A stretch of DNA of 64,000 nt from Spirochaetia bacterium (GTDB taxonomy: Bacteria > Spirochaetota > Spirochaetia > DSM-2461). The notes beneath the pieces were generated by a model. That model was not told where the DNA came from and did no database searches. It worked only from the letters and a program-made list of their open reading frames with translations. The DNA is taken from positions 1,440,001 through 1,504,000 of the forward strand of contig CAXXIA010000002.1 in the NCBI GenBank assembly GCA_963666985.2, written 5' to 3'. Below, piece after piece: positions 39,012-48,640 of the stretch (the first letter of the stretch is position 1; each line of letters begins with the position of its first letter). A program made the position numbers and the translations under genes.

Positions 39012-39409
39012 CCGATTTCAATAGAGTGCTCGGGGCGGCCGGAATGCGGCCGTTCCGAAAACACATCTTGAGAGGACGGAGGGCCGGTCGCGGTTTAGCG
39101 AATCGAGTCTTTCTCATCTCCGCGGAACGCCGCGCCGACCGCTTCCTTCGGTTGACAACCGTCTTCAATATCAGAAAATTCGGCCTCTGCGCACCGCTTC
39201 GGTAAAACGGCGAAAGCGGAGTTACACCCGATATAATTCATGAAATCCAATCAATGCACCCGTTTCACCGCTAAGATGAGGCATGGGCCGAACGCTTCTT
39301 GGTTTATACTCAAAAAGAGACCGGGGACGTTCGATAAGATTTAAAACGGACCACAAACATGCGGAAACGCAATATTTTACCTAAATAATGCGCATCTGCA
39401 CAAAAGAAA

Positions 39410-39449
39410 GTCAAAATATTTGACATATACACTGCTTCAAAGATAGTAT
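39410..39449 (+). promoter_or_regulatory. Promoter with overlapping inverted repeat, upstream of the Lrp/AsnC gene
   Basis: GTCAAA-ATA-TTTGAC overlaps TTGACA (39420); TAGTAT follows after an 18-nt spacer. Confidence 0.55.
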
Positions 39450-39465
39450 ACCGGGGAGTTGGAGA

Positions 39466-39915
39466 ATGGATCACAAGCTTGACGAGCATGACCTGGCCAT
39501 TGTTCGGAATCTGTGGGACGGGCGGATGCCGTACGCGGATATCGCGGAAAAAGTCGGTCTAACCACCAATACGGTTCGGAATCGAGTGAACCGAATGGCG
39601 GAGAGCGGAGCTCTTCAAATCATAGGCTTGGTAAATCCCGCCGCCGTCGACGGAACGAGTTCGGCGTTCATCGGCTTTAATGTACTGCCGTCCAAGGCGG
39701 ATACCGCCCTGCGGCAGATTCAAGGCATGAAGAACATGGTTGGGGCGGCAACGGTCAGCGGACGGTTCGATATAATGGGAATCTTCATGTTCAACGAAGA
39801 ATTCTCCCATGAACGGTTCCTCAAGGAGGAACTGAAAAACGTCGACGGACTGCAGAGCGTCGAGACCTTCTTCGTCATCGGAGGTTCCACCTTCCAGCTC
39901 CGATACGTGCTGTAA
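39466..39915 (+). CDS. Lrp/AsnC family transcriptional regulator
   Basis: LDEHD...DGRMPYADIA...TVRNRV HTH, and SGRFD. Confidence 0.9.
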   Translation: MDHKLDEHDLAIVRNLWDGRMPYADIAEKVGLTTNTVRNRVNRMAESGALQIIGLVNPAAVDGTSSAFIGFNVLPSKADTALRQIQGMKNMVGAATVSGRFDIMGIFMFNEEFSHERFLKEELKNVDGLQSVETFFVIGGSTFQLRYVL

Positions 39916-39992
39916 GCCATTCGAATCAATCGGTAAGCAGCTTTAAAAAATCTCACTCGAAACCCGGGCCGAGGCCGCGGGGCGGAGGTGCT

Positions 39993-41084
39993 ATGCGCAA
40001 ACTGACTGCGGAGGATATCGAATATATCGCCATGGGAGCCGCGATTCTCGGCGCCGGCGGCGGCGGAGATCCGTACATCGGGAAACTGATGGCTCAGCAA
40101 GCCATCAAAGAACACGGCGACGTGGAACTGCTCTCGGCGGAAGAATTGCCTGATGAGGCCCTGATTATTCCATCGGCGATGATGGGCGCTCCGGCCGTCA
40201 TGGTGGAAAAACTTCCCAACGGCGGCGAGCCCGCGGCGGCGTTCCAATCCCTGGAACGTTATTTGGGCAAGAAAGCTTCCGCCGTTCTCCCCATTGAGGC
40301 CGGAGGGATTAATTCCTGCATCCCCATCTATACGGCCGCGACGCTGAGACTGCCGCTGGTGGATGCGGACGGCATGGGACGGGCGTTCCCCGAGCTTCCC
40401 ATGGTTACCTTCAGCGTGGCCGGAATACCGGCCTCGCCGATGATGGTCTGTGACGAAAAAGGCAACAAGCTCCTTTTGGAAACCGTCGATAATCCGTGGA
40501 GCGAGACCCTGGCGCGTACGGCCACGGTGGCCATGGGGCTTTCATCCATGATCAGTCTCTACTGCATGAACGGAGCCCAGCTGAAGAAGTATGCCATTAA
40601 GGGCACGATTTCGCTTGCCAAGGAAATCGGACGGCGCATCATCGAATCCAGCAAATCGAATGTCAGCCCCATCGAATCGATTATCGAGGCTACCAAAGGA
40701 TACCGTCTCTTCGAAGGAAAAATTACCGACGTTCGGCGGGATCTTACAAGCGGATTCATCCGGGGCAAGGTGGTGATCGAGGGCACCGGCGCCGATAAGG
40801 GTTCCGCCTTCGCCATGGATTTCCAAAACGAAAACCTCGTGGGCTACCGGGACGGAACCCCCGTGGCCATCACTCCGGATCTCATCACCGTAATCGACGC
40901 GGAGAAGGGATTTCCCATTACCACGGAGGGCCTGCGCTACGGACAGCGCGCCGTGGTAATCGGCATGCCTTGCGATCCGTTCTGGAGAACCGAAGCCGGA
41001 CTGAAGCAGGTCGGACCGCGATATTTCAAGTACGACCTGGACTACGTTCCCATTGAAAATCTCGCATCAGGAGCCGCGAAATGA
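39993..41084 (+). CDS. DUF917 family protein
   Basis: GAAILGAGGGGDPY, EAGGINS, DADGMGRAFPE, FQNENL, PDLI, LRYGQR. Confidence 0.92.
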   Translation: MRKLTAEDIEYIAMGAAILGAGGGGDPYIGKLMAQQAIKEHGDVELLSAEELPDEALIIPSAMMGAPAVMVEKLPNGGEPAAAFQSLERYLGKKASAVLPIEAGGINSCIPIYTAATLRLPLVDADGMGRAFPELPMVTFSVAGIPASPMMVCDEKGNKLLLETVDNPWSETLARTATVAMGLSSMISLYCMNGAQLKKYAIKGTISLAKEIGRRIIESSKSNVSPIESIIEATKGYRLFEGKITDVRRDLTSGFIRGKVVIEGTGADKGSAFAMDFQNENLVGYRDGTPVAITPDLITVIDAEKGFPITTEGLRYGQRAVVIGMPCDPFWRTEAGLKQVGPRYFKYDLDYVPIENLASGAAK

Positions 41085-42637
41085 ACTACAGAATTGGAAT
41101 TGATGTCGGCGGCACCAATACGGACGCCGTTATTCTGGACGAGGGGAACGCCGTTATCGCCAAATGCAAGGAAGCCACGACAAAGGATGTCTCCTCGGGC
41201 ATAAAAAACGCCGTGGAACGCGTCCTGGCCGATTCGGGAATCGCCCCGGAGGCCGTTACCGACGCGATGCTCGGCACGACGCACGCCACGAATGCCATTG
41301 TTGAACGAAAAGGCCTTTCCAAAGTCGGACTCATTCGCGTTTCGGCCCCTTCGGGCTACGGGATTCCGCCGTATGCCGACTGGCCGGACGACATCGTCGC
41401 GGTGCTCGGCGGCAGCTATGTCATTGTCAAAGGCGGTTACGAATACAACGGAGTTCCCATTACAGGAACCGACGAAAAGGAAATCACCGAAGCCTTGATG
41501 AAACTGAAAGGCGAAGGAATCGAGGCTCTTGCCGTTTCCGGGGCCTTCTCGCCGGTAAACTCCGACCAGGAGATTCTCGTACAAAAGAAAGCAGCCGAAA
41601 TCTTCGGACCGGATTTCCCGGTTACGCTCTCCAATGAAATCGGAAGCATCGGTCTGCTGGAGCGGGAAAACGCCGCGATTCTGAACGCCGCGATTCGGAA
41701 ACTCGCCGAAGCGGCCTACGGCTCCTTTCAGAATGTTCTGAAAGACCACGGAATAAACGCGGATCTTTTCATCACTCAGAACGACGGAACGCTCATGTCC
41801 ATCGAATACGCAAAACAGTATCCGGTGCTGACCATCGCTTCCGGCCCGACGAACTCGCTTCGAGGCGCGGCCTATCTGTCCGGTCTTAAAGACGCCATCG
41901 TTATCGACGTCGGCGGAACCACCACGGACGTGGGCGTGCTGAGCGGCGGTTTCCCGCGCGAATCCAGCGCCGCCGCGGAGCTCGGCGGCGTTCGAACCAA
42001 CTTCCGAATGCCCGATCTTCTTGCCATCGGCTTGGGCGGCGGTTCCATCGTATCGCTTGACAAGGAGCCGCCCCGAGTGGGACCCGAATCCGTGGGATAC
42101 CGAATCCACGGCGAGGCCCTCGTCTTCGGCGGCAAAACAACGACGGCCACCGACATCGCCGTCGCGGCCGGCATGGCCTCTCTCGGCGATACGGCGAAAA
42201 TTTCCGGGATTGACGGGAAGAAGGCTCTTGCCGCCGCCGAAGTAATGAAAACCATGGTTGAAGAAATAATCGACAAAATGAAAACCGTTTCGGGCGAAAT
42301 GCCCGTGGTTGCCGTGGGCGGCGGAAGCATTCTCCTGCCGAACAAACTCGCCGGCGCCAGTCAGGTGATGAAGCCCGATCATTTCGAGGTGGCCAACGCC
42401 ATCGGCGCGGCCATATCTCAGATTTCGGGCAGTATCGACGGCGTGTTCGACGTGGCCGGCCGCGGACGTGACGCGGTTGTTCAAGAAGTTAAGGAACTGG
42501 CCAAGGCCGAGGCGGTGAAAGCCGGTGCGGACGAACGCACCGTCGAAATCGTCGAACTCGATGAGATTCCCCTGGCCTATCTGCCGTCGAACGCGGTGCG
42601 GTTCAGAGTGAAAGCCGTTGGCGATTTGGCCCGCTGA
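41081..42637 (+). CDS. Hydantoinase/oxoprolinase family protein
   Basis: GIDVGGTNTD, GTTHATNA, ERENA, SGPTNS, DVGGTTTD, ANAIGAA. Confidence 0.92.
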   Translation: MNYRIGIDVGGTNTDAVILDEGNAVIAKCKEATTKDVSSGIKNAVERVLADSGIAPEAVTDAMLGTTHATNAIVERKGLSKVGLIRVSAPSGYGIPPYADWPDDIVAVLGGSYVIVKGGYEYNGVPITGTDEKEITEALMKLKGEGIEALAVSGAFSPVNSDQEILVQKKAAEIFGPDFPVTLSNEIGSIGLLERENAAILNAAIRKLAEAAYGSFQNVLKDHGINADLFITQNDGTLMSIEYAKQYPVLTIASGPTNSLRGAAYLSGLKDAIVIDVGGTTTDVGVLSGGFPRESSAAAELGGVRTNFRMPDLLAIGLGGGSIVSLDKEPPRVGPESVGYRIHGEALVFGGKTTTATDIAVAAGMASLGDTAKISGIDGKKALAAAEVMKTMVEEIIDKMKTVSGEMPVVAVGGGSILLPNKLAGASQVMKPDHFEVANAIGAAISQISGSIDGVFDVAGRGRDAVVQEVKELAKAEAVKAGADERTVEIVELDEIPLAYLPSNAVRFRVKAVGDLAR

Positions 42638-42670
42638 GCCTCTAAGCGGGAAATAATAAAAAAGGAGATA

Positions 42671-44008
42671 ATGATGGAGAATCCAAAGCATTCCGCATTG
42701 GAAGACTACGGAACCGGTCCTGTCCCGGAAGAGAAAGGCAAGAACTGGTTCGGCATCGGTATTGTGTACTGGGGCATGAGCATCTGCCTTCCGGCATTCT
42801 TAATTGCCGGAATGGTGGCCGGTCCGGCGCGGCTCGGCATGGCCGTCGGCGTGTTTCTGCTGGCGGCCGTGGTTTTGGGAGCCGCCGCCGTCCTGACGGG
42901 AATTCTGGGTGCCGGTACGCGGATGTCCACCGGACTTTCCGCGCGATTTACATTCGGGAAATACGGAGCCTACGTGCTTCAGTTCCTTCTGTTCTTCGCC
43001 TTCTGGGGCTGGTTCGGCGTGCAGCTGGGCTTCATGGTCAACGGCCTCGGCGACGGCGGATTAATGATGGTTATCGGAACGGCGGTTCCCGCCTGGCTTC
43101 TGAAAATAATCGGAGGCTTTCTGATGACGCTGACGGCCATGTTCGGTTTCAAGGCCATCGAGAAACTCAGTATCGTGGCGATTCCCCTGCTCCTGATTAT
43201 CATCCTCGCCACGATCGCGTCCGAATTCGGCGGGGAGAAAACCCTGGCTTCGGTAGCGAACATTACGGCCGAAGGCGCCATGCCTTTCGGTGTTGCGGTT
43301 TCCGTGGTTATCGGAACCTACATCCTCGGGGGACTGTGTGCTCCCGACATTACCCGCTACTCAAAGAACAAGGCCGCCGGCGGGTTCGGCATGGTCTTCG
43401 GTATGTTCATCGGTTTCCCGGTTATCCTTATCCTGGGAGCGATTATGGTGAAGGGCGGCGGCGGTGAAATCGATTTTTCCAAGGTTATGCTGTCCAACAA
43501 CACGGGTTTCTGGTCCGTCCTGGCGGTAATCACCATCGTTCTGGCGGCTTGGACCACCAACGACAACAACCTGTATTCCGGCGCCCTTTCTCTGAACGCC
43601 ATGTTCCCGAAACTGCAGAAATGGATGATTACGGTGGTCTCCGGTATCGTCGGAACCGTCCTGGCTCTTCTGGGCATCAACACGGCCGCAGGCTTTACGA
43701 CGTTCCTGGGCTTCTTGGCCATCCTTATTCCGCCCGCGGCGAGCGTGATGATCGCCGATTTTTACCTGTTCAAGGGAGACGACAATCTGCGTTACGACGC
43801 CGATTCCGTGGAATCCACGCCTCCGATCCGGTGGATTCCCATAGCGGCCTGGGCAATCGGCTCCGCCTTCGGCTTCCTGGTGCAGTACACGCCCGTTAAA
43901 TTGACCAACATAACCGCCATAGACACCATTCTTGTCGGCGGAGCGGTGTTCGTCGTTCTGATGCTTCTGGCGAAGAAAAAAGTGTCGCTGAAGGCCGCGG
44001 AGGCGTAA
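42671..44008 (+). CDS. NCS1 family (cytosine permease-like) transporter
   Basis: About 12 TM segments, with GWFGVQ, PDITRY and WTTNDNNLYS motifs. Confidence 0.9.
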   Translation: MMENPKHSALEDYGTGPVPEEKGKNWFGIGIVYWGMSICLPAFLIAGMVAGPARLGMAVGVFLLAAVVLGAAAVLTGILGAGTRMSTGLSARFTFGKYGAYVLQFLLFFAFWGWFGVQLGFMVNGLGDGGLMMVIGTAVPAWLLKIIGGFLMTLTAMFGFKAIEKLSIVAIPLLLIIILATIASEFGGEKTLASVANITAEGAMPFGVAVSVVIGTYILGGLCAPDITRYSKNKAAGGFGMVFGMFIGFPVILILGAIMVKGGGGEIDFSKVMLSNNTGFWSVLAVITIVLAAWTTNDNNLYSGALSLNAMFPKLQKWMITVVSGIVGTVLALLGINTAAGFTTFLGFLAILIPPAASVMIADFYLFKGDDNLRYDADSVESTPPIRWIPIAAWAIGSAFGFLVQYTPVKLTNITAIDTILVGGAVFVVLMLLAKKKVSLKAAEA

Positions 44009-44047
44009 TCTCCGGAGTTATTCATTAAGTAAACCGCTTAATCTTCC

Positions 44048-44079
44048 GGCCGCCCCTTTGAATTGGGGCGGCCTTTTTT
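44048..44079 (+). terminator. Intrinsic terminator
   Basis: GGCCGCCCC-TTTGAATT-GGGGCGGCC followed by TTTTTT. Confidence 0.85.
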
Positions 44080-44423
44080 ATCGGAAGCGTCCGCGAGGCA
44101 AAGAGATTGTTCGCCGCGCGTGATATTGGCGGGCGGGCCGGAGGCGGGTGTGGCTCACCGGGGTGGCGTGGTGGTTGGTGGTGTAAGTGCCGCGGGTATG
44201 GCGGTGCGGGAGAGACGCCTGCGGCGCGGCGGCGGGAAACCGAATGGGCGCGGAGCGGCCGGTTGCGGGAAGGGCCGCCCGGGCGGTGTTGTGCGGCAGG
44301 TGGCCGCGGGTGTTAAAGGCGGCCCCGCCGAGGTTCGATTCGAAGCGGCCTTGTCGTTTTGAACGCGGCGGATTCCGCGCGGCTTCGATACCCCCGGAGG
44401 GGGGTCACTTTTCTTTTAAAAAA

Positions 44424-46964
44424 TTAAAACAGGTCAAGCTGCCGCCCACCGAGGACGGCGTCGAAGCTTTCGCCCTGTAGAGCGAGGATGTCGTCGGCCA
44501 CAGAGCGAAGCTGTTTGTCGATGTAGTGGCTGTAGTCGATTTCCTGAGGGTTCAGTTCCATGGGGACGGGGCCTTGAGGAGTGATGACGTATTCGACTTC
44601 GCGGAGGTCTTTGGTGCCGTCGGGGTCGAGCATGAGGACGGCGCGGACATGGGGCGGCGGGGATTTGTAGTCTTTGGCGGCTCGGGAGAGCCGGCGTTTG
44701 TAGATGAGTTTGTCGTCCATTTCTCCGGATCGGATTTTTTCCACTTGTTCGCGAATCCACCCTTTGAGGTCTTCGCCGTCGAAGTAGCGCCGGAAGAGTC
44801 CGTATTGAAATTCCCGGGCCAGGGGCGTTGAGTCGGAGCGGACGAATTCCATGCCCTTGATTTCCACCGAGCCGTCCGGGAGCAGTCCGGCGTAGCGTTT
44901 GACGGCGCTTTCTCCCCCGGAGCGCATGATGGGAAGAAAAAGCCGCACGTAGCGTTTTTCAAATTCCAGTTCCAGCCGGGAGGTGACTCCGTATTCGGCC
45001 TGAATGATCTCTCGGAAATACTCGTCGATGCTTTGGGCCAGCCGTTCTCCGGCTTGTTCGGGGTTTTGCCTCTCTTCGGTTTTGAGTTTAACGAAAACAG
45101 AGTCGGTGTCGCCGTAGAGAACTTGGTAGCCGCGCTTGCGCAGACGTTCGGCGGTGGTTTCCAGCACCCAGCGTCCGATTCCGGTGATGGCTGCGGGAAG
45201 CTCGGCGCGGTAGAAGCGGCAGCCGGGGGATCCCATGACGCCGTACATGGAGTTCATCAGGATTTTCACGGCCTGGGCCAGCGGATCATCCTTCTCGGCT
45301 TTGGCCCGGGAACGCCGCTGCATCAGTTCGCCCAAATAGGCCGGGAGGATGTGCTCGGAGCGGGAGAAGCGAATATTGACGGGGGTTTCCAGAGGATGAT
45401 TCTCGGCTTCCAGCAGGGAGTAGGGGTCGATATGGAAGGTACGGATGATGGTGGGATACAGGCTTTTAAAGTCCAAAACCGCCACGTCTTCGAACAGGCC
45501 GGCGCCGGAGGAGAAAACCATGGCGCCGGGCGAAGGGCCTGATGCGCTGATGTCGCTCTGGTTCGGGGCGACGCGGCCTTTGCGGTGGAGTCTGGGCAAA
45601 AAGAAGCGGTCGAAGGCGGCCACGGAACGGTGAACCTGATCCGGCGGCAGGCCGGTGATGAGGCTCCGGGTAACCAGCTGTTCCAGCACGCCGGTTCGTT
45701 CGAAGATTTCGGTAACCAGGACGGCATCTTCGAGGTTGTAGCGGACCAGGGCGCCCTTGTCCTCACGGAAGCGCCTTTCGATTTCCTCGACTTTTTCCTG
45801 TCCGTGCTCTGCGATGTCTTTTCTCCGGCCTAAGAGTTCATGCGCCACGGTGTCCAGCCGCCAGTCGGAGAATTTGTGAAAGGCGCCCCGAAGCGTGGGC
45901 GGGCCGTCGATGATGATGCGGCCTTCGAGTTCGGCGATGGGCAGTCTGCCGGGGCGTTCGGTCAGCTTGAGGGGAGAACGGCCGCGGCCGATGCGAAGAG
46001 GCAGGTTTACCTGGCGGCTTTTCTCGTCGAGGAAGGAGAGGTCGAAGCCGATAACGTGCCACCCGATGATAACGTCGGGGTCGGTTTCATCCACGGTTTT
46101 GATGAAATGACGCAAAAGATCGATTTCAGTGGGGAGATAGGTGACGGTGCCTGGGGGGTCGGGGTTTGGCTTGCCGGTGGCGGCGGCAAGAGCATTGTCG
46201 GAGTCTGTGGTGGAAGCGGCGGGGCTGGTATGCAAGGCAGCAGAGGCGCCGGCGGATGCGGCAAGAGCATTGTCGGAGTCTGTGGTGACATCGGCGGGGG
46301 TGAATACGGCGGCGTTTTGCGGGGCGGCGGGGGCTGCGTCGGGCGGCATGCTGTTCCCGGCCGACCGGTAAAGGGGTTCCACCCGCCCACCGGCCGGGGC
46401 TTTGGGATCCAAAACGGCCGCCCTGACCTGCCGTCCTTCCGGACCGGCGATGTCCATGGCCACCGAATACAGGGTTCCGTCCCGGCCGGTTTCAATGTCG
46501 AGGGACAAAGTCTTCAGGCGGGGGCGCCATTCGGACGGCGTGATTCTGGGTTCATCGAAAACGGTGAGATGCCCTTCGCGGCGGGGAACACCTGAAATAT
46601 GAGCCGAGCCGTTGATGAAGCGTTCCATGAGGTAGCGGTCTTCGGGACGAACATCCGACTCCCAGGTTCTCAAAGCCGCTTCGGACGTGCGATAACGGCC
46701 GTCTCTGTATTCCGACGCGGTTTGAAAGTACAGACCGTCCACATCGGAACCGTCGAATCCTTTTAAATCCAGATACCGTCTTTCCGCGCGAAAACCGGCG
46801 GGCAAAACGGCCGACCGCGAAATAAAAAAGACGGGCTGATGATGCGGAATACGAACCAGTACGGGTCCCGCCCGACCTATACCCCAAAAACGCAGACAAC
46901 AGCCTTCACCGCCGTCCTCAGCATCCGCGGTCAGGAGAAACATATCTGTTTCGGTTATTTTCAT
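44424..46964 (-). CDS. polB: DNA polymerase II (family B)
   Basis: SLDIET exo I, DFKSLYPT, KILMNSMYG, YGDTDS, KRYAG, and C-terminal QLDLF clamp-binding motif. Confidence 0.93.
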   Translation of the reverse strand: MKITETDMFLLTADAEDGGEGCCLRFWGIGRAGPVLVRIPHHQPVFFISRSAVLPAGFRAERRYLDLKGFDGSDVDGLYFQTASEYRDGRYRTSEAALRTWESDVRPEDRYLMERFINGSAHISGVPRREGHLTVFDEPRITPSEWRPRLKTLSLDIETGRDGTLYSVAMDIAGPEGRQVRAAVLDPKAPAGGRVEPLYRSAGNSMPPDAAPAAPQNAAVFTPADVTTDSDNALAASAGASAALHTSPAASTTDSDNALAAATGKPNPDPPGTVTYLPTEIDLLRHFIKTVDETDPDVIIGWHVIGFDLSFLDEKSRQVNLPLRIGRGRSPLKLTERPGRLPIAELEGRIIIDGPPTLRGAFHKFSDWRLDTVAHELLGRRKDIAEHGQEKVEEIERRFREDKGALVRYNLEDAVLVTEIFERTGVLEQLVTRSLITGLPPDQVHRSVAAFDRFFLPRLHRKGRVAPNQSDISASGPSPGAMVFSSGAGLFEDVAVLDFKSLYPTIIRTFHIDPYSLLEAENHPLETPVNIRFSRSEHILPAYLGELMQRRSRAKAEKDDPLAQAVKILMNSMYGVMGSPGCRFYRAELPAAITGIGRWVLETTAERLRKRGYQVLYGDTDSVFVKLKTEERQNPEQAGERLAQSIDEYFREIIQAEYGVTSRLELEFEKRYVRLFLPIMRSGGESAVKRYAGLLPDGSVEIKGMEFVRSDSTPLAREFQYGLFRRYFDGEDLKGWIREQVEKIRSGEMDDKLIYKRRLSRAAKDYKSPPPHVRAVLMLDPDGTKDLREVEYVITPQGPVPMELNPQEIDYSHYIDKQLRSVADDILALQGESFDAVLGGRQLDLF
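46183..46287. repeat. 30-bp exact direct repeat inside polB
   Basis: GCGGCAAGAGCATTGTCGGAGTCTGTGGTG at 46183 and 46258 (75-bp offset); encodes TTDSDNALAA twice. Confidence 0.9.
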
Positions 46965-47028
46965 GTGTTTCCCGTTAAATCTTCGGTGAAAAACCATCAC
47001 CGCCGGTGCTGATGAAATAAAAACTCCG

Positions 47029-47565
47029 ATGAATCGTTATACTGACATTATGGACGAAAAAAATCCTCCCGTTAAAAATAAAGCCATTATCGTCGGCATC
47101 ATTCTCATCGCGGTCGGTCTCTTGTTCATCGCCGGAAAATTTCTGAACCTCGGCGGAATAACCCGTTTATGGCCCCTTTTCCTTTTTATTCCGGTAGTGG
47201 TGCTTGCCTCAACCCTTCTTCGGGATCCGAGGAAGAATTCCGGTACCGTTATTCCGGCCGTTATTCTGACCGTACTCGGAATTTTTTTCCTTTGGCTCAA
47301 TTTTACCGATTGGGAGCATATCTCAATCGCTTGGCCGATCTTCATCATCGCTCCGGGTCTCGGGGTTCTATCATCATGGCTCATTACAAGAGAACGCAGT
47401 CAGCTGACGGCCGCCTGCGTCATCCTTACGGTGGGCCTTGCGCTGTTTTTCCGCACGCTTCTGCACCATTGGGGCATCGCCATTGATCGTCTTGTTCTGC
47501 TGGGTATCGTTCTGGTTGTCTCGGGGATACTCGTTCTAATTATGCGGAACAGGGAGAACAAATAA
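47029..47565 (+). CDS. Membrane protein (LiaF/DUF5668-like WP repeats)
   Basis: Multiple TM segments with repeated LWPLFL / AWPIFII motifs. Confidence 0.75.
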   Translation: MNRYTDIMDEKNPPVKNKAIIVGIILIAVGLLFIAGKFLNLGGITRLWPLFLFIPVVVLASTLLRDPRKNSGTVIPAVILTVLGIFFLWLNFTDWEHISIAWPIFIIAPGLGVLSSWLITRERSQLTAACVILTVGLALFFRTLLHHWGIAIDRLVLLGIVLVVSGILVLIMRNRENK

Positions 47566-47588
47566 AAATCGACCCCGACCGGCGATCG

Positions 47589-48266
47589 CTAAAACAACTT
47601 CTTCTGGACCGCGTGAGTTGAACGATACTCCTCGATTTTGCCTTCCAGTCCTTTAAGCATGACTTCCATCGTATCGGGTCTGTTGATATCGTACGATTCG
47701 GTATCCAGCTTCACCTTGGGTGAATAGTTATAGTGATCGAACCAGAGAAGATACTTCTTATTCAGTTTCTCCAAATAATCCCGCGGAATCCCCGACTCCA
47801 ATCCTCTGTTGCGAATGGTGATTCTCTCAATCGCCGCATCAACCGAACAGTCCAGATAAATCAGTAAAGCGGGCGGGTCCGCGTGCTCCAGCATGTTATC
47901 CAATAGAGTACAGTAGGATCGAAACTCCTCGTCGGACATATCGCCGTCGTCATGAAGCAGTTCGGCGAAAATCCGGTCTCCGAAAATCGATCGGTCGAGA
48001 AGTCCCCCGCCGGCGGCGTGAATGTCTTTAATCATTCTGAAACGCTCGTTGAGGAAATGAATCTGCATTGTAAAAGCCCAGCGGCCTTTGTCGGCATAAA
48101 ACCGATCGAGGAGATTTAAGGTATCCGGATTGCCCAATTCCCGGTAGAGCGGGATTCCGAACCGGCGTTCCAGAATCTCTCCCATTGTCGTTTTACCGGC
48201 GCCGATTTGTCCTTCGATAATAATCACCGGCCATGCTCCTTCTTCCAAGGGTTCTTCCTCGATCAT
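47589..48266 (-). CDS. Deoxynucleoside kinase
   Basis: IEGQIGAGKTT, FY.D..RW...Q, DRSIFGDRIF, RITIRNR. Confidence 0.92.
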   Translation of the reverse strand: MIEEEPLEEGAWPVIIIEGQIGAGKTTMGEILERRFGIPLYRELGNPDTLNLLDRFYADKGRWAFTMQIHFLNERFRMIKDIHAAGGGLLDRSIFGDRIFAELLHDDGDMSDEEFRSYCTLLDNMLEHADPPALLIYLDCSVDAAIERITIRNRGLESGIPRDYLEKLNKKYLLWFDHYNYSPKVKLDTESYDINRPDTMEVMLKGLEGKIEEYRSTHAVQKKLF

Positions 48267-48640
48267 TTATTGTCGGAGTTTCGATATAGGAATCGGCACC
48301 CGCCATGGCCTTCGCTTCGCTGCGTAACACCACTGCCTGCGGTACAACCCCATATCCACCCGAGTCTATGAGTATACAGAATTTCGACCGGGAAAAAGAA
48401 CCGCCGGCTTTATCCCCCCCGTCAATCGTGAGGGGGACAAACGAAGTATTACGGATAAATTGACTCTAAAAAACGGAGTTACGTGAAAGATCTTTTGCGA
48501 ATCATCCGGAAAATAGCGAAACAGCATCACCGAAACGCAAGCGAAAATAAACAACAGATATCATTTTACTTGCCGAATCGGGGCTGAAAACCTTTCGGCC
48601 GCGGCCGAATACCATATATTATCAAAAAGGAGAGGAAAAA

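Noticed and set aside
44080..44420. GC-rich intergenic tracts (also 7350-7690 and 61250-61510) as genes or a repeat family
   Set aside because: The ORFs are Arg/Gly/Pro-rich artefacts, and I could not align the tracts to each other by eye.
46150..46380. Intein in polB
   Set aside because: No N-terminal C/S block or HN-C/S/T end, and it is short and low-complexity.
48320..48375. Purine/2'-dG riboswitch upstream of the deoxynucleoside kinase
   Set aside because: ACUCAUAGACUCGGGUGGAUAUGG resembles the start of a guanine aptamer, but the P2 3' strand and the P3 loop (CCGUAAA) are missing. An SRP RNA core motif is also absent.
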